Shown here: positions 55,307 through 64,000 of the stretch, piece by piece
How the letters are laid out: each line of letters opens with the position of its first letter
Numbering within the stretch: position 1 is the first letter of the stretch
Assembly (NCBI GenBank): GCA_001655205.1
Contig: LPNZ01010610.1
Span: 1-64,000 of the forward strand
Direction of reading: 5' to 3'
Length of the DNA: 64,000 bases
Source: Lenisia limosa
Lineage: Eukaryota; Protista; Breviatea
Made by a program: the position numbers and the translations under genes
The notes under the pieces: model-generated
Databases searched by the model: none
The model's input: the letters and a program-made list of their open reading frames with translations, nothing else
Told to the model about the DNA's origin: nothing

Positions 55307-57254
55307 ATGGATGAACAGGTCAATCAAAAGGCGAAAGCCAAGGTGAGCCCGCATTACAATTTACTTATACTCACTTATGTTAGTGGCTGAAAAGCTTCGA
55401 CGAAGCAATGGAGTTTGACTCTTGGGGACAACTTATTGAAGCATCTGAGGCCTATCGCAAGTTGGTATTGTTGTAATTTTTAAAAAATGGTTCTATCAAG
55501 CTATGTGGCGGATTTAACCTCTCCCACCCACCCTCCTCTATATCATATTCCCAACCTTACAACGCAGACTTGCAGCAATGGTTCAGAGCTTTGAAGAGGA
55601 GTATGTTGGAGAGTCCATCCCGGAAGCAGAGCGGGTAAGAAGCGATTTCATTTCCACAGGGTCTTCTTTTTTCCTCACGCATTCAGACCCTGTTGAACCG
55701 TTTTGCGCTCGTGACACGTGTCAGAGCACAGGCAATCGAGGATGCTGAGGCTAGTATGGGGAATGTTGGATATAGGATTTGCAGGGTTTAGTATTCTGTC
55801 TGATAGTGGGTAGAAACAGATTAACACATCATTACCATTTTTATTAACTGAAAGGAAACCAGTTGCAGTAGATTGTCTTGGTCTAAACATTCTTCGGACA
55901 ATTTATTACCTTACCGATTTTCCCATATTATAATTTTACGTTTCCTATTTCACTAATCTCTTCAGCATTTAGCCTGAATGACCTGCGTAAGGTGCGAATT
56001 GTTGTGGAAAACGCTTTCACCCCCACATCTCTCTCCTCCTCCCCATTTCCCATTGACTTGACCCCGTACCAAAGCCAACTTAACCGAACCACGTGAGTTG
56101 GAGTGCGGGGTATTTATTAACTCTGGAATTAGGTTCTTATCAAACAAAAAAACGCAGTTTTTTTTATATCGTATGTATCATTGTGTCACTGCAGTGCCTG
56201 GCTTCCTTCAAATTTCGGACATTTCCTTATCCCGCTAGACCCACACACCAACACGACTCGAGTGACGATGAAGATGACCGAATTAACACCAAAGGAACAC
56301 TCCTGCCAAGGCCGCCGCCGAGTGCCACTGGTGGGTAATCTGATCTTACTTTCAAATTATTATGGTGATATTTTGGAGAAAAATATGTTTACCTGATGAG
56401 CTATTTTTTTTTTTTTTTTTACCCAGCAGGTACACAAGTGTCTCTAATGATCACGAAGATTGGGCTCAAAAAAGCCTCACAGTACATTGAGCCTTTCGCC
56501 ACAATATCCGTTCTTGGTGGGGAGCTTGTGGGTATGAACTAATACTCCCTAACGGGAGATATTAGTTCAATCAACGAGGCAAAAACTCTTTCTGGGAGTT
56601 GAATTAGAGGAAGACCATTAATTTTAATATTCATCCATATTTGCCTATTTGACCGACAAGATGCCGCGGGAACCGTTATCGAAAAAGTTCAAGATACCCC
56701 AGTCATGCTTGAGAAGGAAGAAAACTACGTTCTTGGTTCCTGCGAAGTCCATTTACAGGTGTGATCCTAACCCCTCACTTTGTACTTCACTATTACTTTC
56801 TCTGGAACTGTTGTTAATTCTGGATTATTTTTGTGGTCTTTTAACTGAAGTGAAGTCCAATCACTGACAGTCGTATTAGTCAGAGTTTCTCACCTCGTAG
56901 ACCGACTTAGAATCTTGGGGAACAGGTGCCTGCATAGCTCTTGAATTCAAGCACTACAAACCAAAGAAAGAGAAGGTTTCAACTAAGGCGTGGAGCTTCA
57001 TGGATGTTGACAAGCTTCAAGCTGGTGATAAGACTCTTCAAATGTATGAAAATGTGTCCTTTGCTCTTTGGATCAATTTAGCAGCTTTCGAAGAACTACT
57101 GATTTTTTGCCATCTTCCTGACTTTAATTGTTGGAATAGTGATCATTGATCGTTTAGTTTCAAGAAGCCATTAGACCCAAGGAGACGAAAAACCAAACTC
57201 CTTAGTGTCAAGCCTCTTTACTGTCACGTAACTGTGACTTTGAGGAAATCCTAG
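55307..57254 (+). CDS. AIDA: AIDA (Axin interactor, dorsalization-associated) homolog with C2 domain, multi-exon
   Basis: WLKSFDEAMEFDSWGQLIEASEAYR; MITKIGLKKASQYIEPFATISV; EFKHYKPKKEKVSTKAWSFMDVD; KKPLDPRRRKTKLLSVKPLYCHV. These match the recalled AIDA N-terminal and C2 motifs. Confidence 0.93.
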
Positions 57255-57430
57255 GAGGTATGTATGTTATATAGGGTGTATTTTCTTGTTTATTCGTTTA
57301 TTTGTACATGGGTTGATGTACTGTTTTTTTTATCTTTCAAACCTGTGCAGAATGTTTACGTTCTCTTTTGAAGTGTGAAATAGTTCCATCAAATAAATAC
57401 CATATCTAATATACAAAGTCGGGAGTTTGA

Positions 57431-58576
57431 CTAGTTGCTATTGCCAGTTCGCCTAAGGTATTATTATGTGAGGAACGACCGCTCATCAAACTTTCCCAAC
57501 ATACGATAAATGGCTGACAAGATCAACCCAGCCTTTACCCTCAGTATCATCAGGGTTCAGCTGGAGTTTTTTCTTTTGTTTCTTTGTGAGTGCCTAAGAT
57601 TTGAGAAACAAAAAATGCGTATACACTCAGCGTTGATAAACGCCTTCGGATACACAATATTGCCGCGAAAACAGCGAAAATTATCAACCCTTGGCTGTAC
57701 CTGCCTCTCCTTGATTGCAGATTTTGAGTCTTTTTCAGCTTGTTCATTTTCTGTCAGCACTGGGGCTGTTGGAGATGATGTTTTCTTCACCTCATCCTAA
57801 GATGTCAGAGGGGGGGGGGGGTNNNNNNNNNNNNNNNNNNNNNNNNNNNNNNNNNNNNNNNNNNNNNNNNNNNNNNNNNNNNNNNNNNNNNNNNNNNNNN
57901 NNNNNGTAACTCTCCATCATAAACAATCTCCTGAAAATCGCATCGAAGGGCCTCAACAATGGTAAACATCATGGGCATTCCAAGCATGTCTTCCGAACAC
58001 TGCAACAGGTCAAAGCAAAAGGTCCCCTATCCAAATTCTATGAAAAGCTGAGGCTGAGGTTGCTCTCCTGGTGATGCCCTGTGGTAAAAAGCCCAGCAAC
58101 CTGTTCCATAAGGAAGTTAAGGATGTGCTTCTTCCTATGTGGAGAGAGCCTGTTGTTTTGGAACGCATCCAGGTTCAAGACCGGCGGCTCGAAGGGGTAC
58201 ATTTCGGGGATAGTCACGCCGAGTAGGAGCCAGAAAACCTTGGAGTTGGTGTCGGAGTAGTCTAAATGGTTTGTATTAATGACACGTAAGAATCTCAAGG
58301 ATAATAAACCTTCTCAAAAGGCGGGCAATTTATAAATAGGAGGGTGTAACCGCCTGAACTCAAATATATTGCAGGGGGAAATACGACTGCTCAAGAAAGA
58401 AAGGTTTCCCATTCGCCTAATTTCCCCCTCCTACCAACATCATCTTCATCAATTGGTGCGATCTTGACCTGATAACTGGTGTTGCTGTCGGCAGTGTATA
58501 TACCATCAATTCCCCAAATTGATTCCAGGGCTTCAACTTCCTCCTCTTGGAGCTCCAAAGCTTCTTCAGCAGACAT
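57431..58576 (-). CDS. RWDD4: RWD-domain protein, RWDD4-like, multi-exon
   Basis: ELQEEEVEALESIW; IPEMYPFEPPVLNLDAFQNN (RWD YPxxxP); LGMPMMFTIVE; C-terminal GKGWVDLVSHLS|RTG resembles RWDD4 WVDVVKHLSKTG. Confidence 0.8.
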
Positions 58577-58944
58577 TGGAGAGAAAACAGAGACTGTCGT
58601 GATAGATGAAATAGAAAACTGCCCAAATCAAACTTGACTTCTCTAACTTGGTATTTTATATTGTTGTGGCGTCAACAATCACGTTCAATATAAGAGGAGG
58701 AGACAAGGATTACTAAGGTGTGTAAGGTGTAAAAGGAGGAGAGAGGCGGGGCTGGCGGGCCGGGGCGGGGTGTAATATTTATTTTTCGAAATCTCTCTAT
58801 CTCTCTATGCCTCGACAGTTTCTCTATATCAGCCCCCCAGCCCAGCCCAACCCAGCCCCCCCTCTTCTTACTCTCTTTAGTGCAATCGAGAAGAAAAAGT
58901 TTAATAATATAATTGAATTGAGTTGGAACCTGACGCTTGACAAC

Positions 58945-59980
58945 ATGGGAGGGGTGTGATGGTATTGAGATAGTTAACATTTTCAATGTTTTTTTTGTTT
59001 TGTTTTTGTGGAGAGCCTTACCACTTAGGACGTGTATCAAGCCGATTTCTTCCCTGAGTCACCAAATACCGTTGATCTCACAGGTAATATTTTCTATTTT
59101 GTTGCATTAGTCAAAATTACAGGCTGCTGTCACCTTTGGGCCAGTACATCAAAAGAAGAGAACTGTGTAGAGAGCCTCAGGGATGAATCTATGTCAACGT
59201 TTTGGCAGAGTGAGGGCAAAAATGAACACTTCATCCAGGTTCAGTTCCCAAGCTGGGTCCATGTGAAGGTTAGTAACTATACCGTTCATGAATATACATA
59301 CTCCATATAATACAAAGTATAGATTATTATGACTTCAGTACTTTCTGCTATTACAACTCTAGTCAGTTGGTGTTTTAGCCCCCCTTGACTATCATGAGAG
59401 CTACACCCCAAGGTGCGTAGCTTATCATAATATATCATATACATCATATGTAGAAATGGAAGCAATCGCAAATATATCAAGCGAGTTATTTCAAATACTG
59501 GGGGTATACTACCATCTTCTGAACCTAGGGTTATAAATATATCTGAACGTAATCTATCAAGCTAGTGTTTTGAGTTACAGTGCAGGTGCTTTGCTCTTGT
59601 ATTTGGTGATGAACCAGCATCCTTTCCGTACCTCCAATTTGACCCGAAACTACCAGAATCAGCCTTGTTATATGAGGCCGAAATGCCCCCGCAAGACTGG
59701 ACCATTTTCAACTATAGGTTTGACTTTTGACGCGATACCTTCAGAATTCTGGCGCCTGTATAACCAATCTGATACAATGTAATAATAGTCTTTTAAGTGG
59801 AATTCTGGACAGTGTTTCTTATTTTTCGTCAGCGAAGCCCCTGTGGGCTGTTTTGGCTTTCGTATCTACTTCCGACATATGTTCCGACTTGGCTTGAACT
59901 GCCAGGTAACAAGAATCACAATTAGGGGCTCCGTCGTACAAAGGTGGGCATCGGCTGAATATCTAGCTGTGGTATTGTAG
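58945..59980 (+). CDS. DOC/APC10-domain protein, multi-exon; first exon tentative
   Basis: VESLRDESMSTFWQSEGKNEHFIQVQF; DYHESYTP; terminal NCQVTRITIRG. These follow the DOC (Doc1/APC10) pattern but are divergent from canonical APC10. Confidence 0.72.
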
Positions 59981-60049
59981 GGGATTTGGATATTAACCTT
60001 ATAGCGATGAAGCCCCTTCAAAGCTCAGGGGACTAAGGTGACAAAACGA

Positions 60050-62593
60050 CTCGCATGTGCTTTCTGATGTCACCAAATGTGTGGTGACTTTTCCTTTCAA
60101 CCTCCATTTTGAAGTCGCTTATCTTTTTGTAACCTTTTTCTTTCAAAACCTATGCATTCATTCTACCCATACCATTCCTTAAATAAACATGACGGCCTAG
60201 TCCCTCTTCTTTGTATCTTGTCTCACCTATTTTAATAAGAAAGGGAGAATGTAGAGAATATGTGATATTAGTAAACATGAAAAATGGTAATGAGCCCATT
60301 AAGCCGTCAATAGCAACAGTACCCTCCCTCCCTACTGAAGCCAGGAAAGTGAGTTTATCGTGATAGGCGGAACCAAAGTTCAGAGCAGGTACACCAAGTT
60401 CTTTGGCAATTGCCTAGGGTGTAACGGGGTGTTTTTTTGGCAGTATGCCGTATTCGCGACAACTACCACTCATACCAACTGAACATTTCTGGCATAGAGC
60501 TGAGGATCAGCCTTTTCTTCAGTAGAAGGGTAGTAAATTGGGAGGTAGGTGATCTCAGCTCTGTTGACAAACTGGCTTGCCATACGGAGAATATGCCTAA
60601 TGATGTGTAATGGTCGAGAGGTCGAGAAAAGCAAGGGATTTTTTTTTTTTGGCTGAAGCTCGTATATCACATGATCCCTCAAATGCGACAATAAATAGAA
60701 CTTTCTTGGTACCAAAAAGCCATGATTCATTCAATGCCCCAAATGAACGTCGATCGAGTCCAACCCAGCCAATGAACATACCATCCAAACGGTGCCGACT
60801 CCCAGGTCAGCGAAAAGTTTTTGCAGTTGTAGTGGATGGCAACAGGCAAAACAGGCTCCCCACTAATGAAGCCGCCTGGGGAGGGATGAAGATTAATACA
60901 TACAAAACACAATTAATTCAGAAACCTCCTCAAAAGCATCACAAACCTGTTTTGAATTGAAGGATATTTTCGCCGTTTGACGTGGTTCCTTCAGGGAATA
61001 GGACAAGAGGTGGCATTTTGCGACGGCTAGAAAGCGGTTTAGTGAAAGAGAACAGCGAATTAAAAAGAACAAAACATACAATATAATTACATTTCGTAAT
61101 ACAAAGTACATAAATGTGAACTCGGCTGCATTGTCATTGGTTAAATAAATACATGTACATAGTCAATATATGCTTGTAGTAAATAATAATACATATCATA
61201 TATTATACATATACATGTATAAAATATCATATGCTAGTTTGCCCCCCCCCCNNNNNNNNNNNNNNNNNNNNNNNNNNNNNNNNNNNNNNNNNNNNNNNNN
61301 NNNNNNNNNNNNNNNNNNNNNNNTAAGAAGTTAATACATGAAGAAGTCAAGGCTAACGCGGAGTCAAAAGTGGTCCATACCCAACTCACCGCCTTAGTAC
61401 CAGATCGGTCAACGTAAATGGTTCGGAAGAGGGTGGCCATAATACCAAAAATTGGGATCTGCACACTGTCAGCAATAGGCAATAGTGCTAATAGTGTAGC
61501 TCTATCAGATATTAAATGATAGATTATATCTCCCGAGCCTCCTCCCCCCATCCCCTTCACAAACCGTTTTAACAGTGTGTTTGGAAACAAACGAAGGCAA
61601 AATAATGGACATCAAAAGAAGAATGTCTAGATAGGACGTGTGGTTGGAAACAACTAAAAAAACATTACAAGCTCAAAAAAAAGAGAAAGGGGAGGAGAGG
61701 AGAGGGGTTGTATGGTGATGCACAATAAAAACAAATAAGTATCAATAATTTCCCATTAGATATTGCGTAAATGCATCATGAATAACCCGAACAAATGTGT
61801 GTCACCCCCCCCCCCCCNNNNNNNNNNNNNNNNNNNNNNNNNNNNNNNNNNNNNNNNNNNNNNNNNNNNNNNNNNNNNNNNNNNNNNNNNNNNNNNNNNN
61901 NNNNNNNNNNNNNCTCCTTTGGTTTTGTACTACGATTGGGAAAATTAGGGTATTATAACGCAGTCAAAAAGAGAAGATGATGTAAAAGGAATAAATACCC
62001 CTCTGGTAGTCTCAAACCTGATAAAAGGAGAAGAAGAACATTTGGATTCTTGAAGTGAGACGGTTGAAGTCCAGCAGCTTGAAGCGCCAATCTTCCATGT
62101 AAAAAAAAGGCAAAGCCACTTCTAATTTTCCAAAGACGTTCAACCCGGCTAACAAGGATATGTTTTGCACCATGACTGAGACATATCGTCGGGATCAGGA
62201 TAGGGAACCCCAATATGCGCCAAGAATCCAGTCACATAACCGAGACAGCCGAAGAAGATGAAGAAAAACTATGGGGATTAAGGTAGTAGTCTTCGTAAGG
62301 GAACAAAAATGATAGAATTCACTGTATATTTCAAATGATACTCACTTATCTCAGGGTATCAAAAAATAGCATATAAGACAAGAAATATAGGCAAAAATAG
62401 GCTAAAAGTACTTGAAATACCATACCATTTTAAACGGCAAGAGGGGGAGGAAAAGGAAAATTTTTAACCAAGTATAAATCACTGCAGAGAGTCGTTGAGA
62501 GGGGTAGTCTGAGCGGAAGAAGCAATCCCATTCTGGATGGATTTTCACAACTTCTTTGCGACTCATTTTCGAAAAGTCGCGAGTTTGGCTCAT
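60050..62593 (-). CDS. Lysophospholipid acyltransferase (LPCAT/LPEAT-type, PlsC family), multi-exon; 3' end approximate
   Basis: FRTIYVDRSG; LVLFPEGTTSNGENILQFKT|GGFISGEPVLPVAIHY; AEITYLPIYYPSTEEKADPQLYARNVQ..AIAKELGVP. Confidence 0.88.
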
Positions 62594-62623
62594 TTGTTTG
62601 AGGGTATCCTCTAATTAGTTAGA

Positions 62624-64000
62624 ATGAGCCTTTTAGTCAATAACAAGCCTACCAGTAAGGAGATGGGCGTCCTTTGAAGTATTGTTGGGCTTGGTCATTG
62701 CAAGGCTTTTTGTCAAATACACCTAAGTGTCAAAATTCTACACAATGTCTAACATTAATTTGTTTCCGTGATGAAATGGCAAATATTTTCAATTTCATAA
62801 CAGATTCAACAAGTAGGGTTTATATAGCGGCTTTTGAAAAACCAACCGTCCAACCTTGGCCGTTTTATGACACAAATATATTTTGAAACAGTTCTGGAAC
62901 AGTTGTTTAATCAAAACAAAGACGACAACGGTTATTTACTTCTCTCACATAAATGGCAGTTGAGCTATTCAGCTCTGAAGGCCTTCTTATCACCTCGCCT
63001 GAGCGACTACAAGCTGATTTTATTACTCCTGCTCAACTTCTGATCAAAACTTGGCAGCAGCTTGAATCCCTGTGTGGCCTGCTACGAAAGGTCAGTTTCC
63101 GACCGTTTTATTGATGTTAATCACAATGGTAGAACCCTAACCGCGTTAGAAGTACTCAGCACATTGCAATGAGGCACAGGCTTTGAATAAGGATATTGTA
63201 GTCAAGTATGGTCGATTGCTTCTTGAGGTGAGCAGAGTGGCACTATATTGCTTTAAAGCTCCACAATTTACCTGTTTTTCTTGAGATGTTTATCTCATCA
63301 CATAATATGCAAACAATATTTATAATTGGGAATTACTCTTGGTACCTGCTTACTCTTCAGACAAAGAATGCTCGTGAATCCCTAAAGAGCTTGCTTACTA
63401 CTTTAAACGATGCCAGAAACAGCAGCGCTGTTACTGATAGAGGTTCGTTGTATTTTTTTCATTATTTTTGCTTTATAAGGTTATTAACCTAACGCTGCTT
63501 AGATGGTCAAGGCCCATCATCCATTCTTGCTGGACAGGAATTCACTATCTTCTCAGCTCCGTTTCTGGCACTCTATTTCGACTCATCAAGTGTTGGTGCT
63601 GGGTTGCTTTGTAAATGAAACTGTATTTGAAAAGAACTAATATCAGGGTATTCTACAACTAAGTACATGTACAAAATAGTATTAATTTGGAAATTGTTGA
63701 AGAGAGAAAAACAAGACTTGTTTTTACAGGTCAGGTTCTCACTAGTCTTGATTTGGAGTCAAACCGCATTAGCTCTATTATTCAGTCTACTTTAAGCTGT
63801 AGGCTTGGAAAACCTGAGACAGGCTGTTTCTCTCTATATTACTAAATATTATCGCAACGCTTATTACGATTATTGACACAAAATCGCTCCTGTGGCCTCT
63901 AAATTGACTAGGTTTCTAATCACTTCGTGTTTATCGTACATACATTTTTATTCGGTTTGGTTTAACAATAAAATGTATCTTAATTCTGTGATATCTCTAG
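62624..64000 (+). CDS. Partial multi-exon gene, unknown product (continues beyond window); first exon tentative
   Basis: GT-AG exons ITSPERLQADFITPAQLLIKTWQQLESLCGLLRK, KYSAHCNEAQALNKDIVVKYGRLLLE and TKNARESLKSLLTTLNDARNSS; candidate first exon MSLLVNNKPT|gtaagg. Confidence 0.55.

Overview
Gene-dense, intron-rich eukaryotic DNA, probably from a protist; the species cannot be determined from sequence alone. The code is standard and introns are GT-AG, mostly about 35-300 nt, so the ORF track captures only exon fragments. About 13 multi-exon genes can be traced: a Ser/Pro-rich unknown (-), two tail-to-tail Dispatched/Patched-type RND sterol-sensing transporters, a large RCC1/Cys-rich/multi-TM surface receptor (-), a secreted LamG-like protein (+), a secreted GH14 beta-amylase (-), an unknown secreted protein (+), WDR3/UTP12 (-), AIDA (+), RWDD4-like (-), a DOC/APC10-domain protein (+), an LPCAT-type acyltransferase (-) and a partial unknown (+). 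Mobile DNA comprises a decayed 2.5-kb pogo/Fot1-like transposon inside a formerly 46-nt intron and at least four non-autonomous families (TTAA/Kolobok-like, TA-flanked, hAT-like and a ~95-bp hairpin family). The most unusual signals concern intron architecture: (1) a shared ~56-85 nt sequence forms the 3' end of introns in unrelated genes (introner-like); (2) G-runs follow donors and C-runs precede acceptors on the sense strand, sometimes as exact complements; (3) short tandem duplications, four with a 23-bp period, span splice junctions; (4) gene orientation alternates almost perfectly. Gene boundaries were traced by eye and are approximate where stated.
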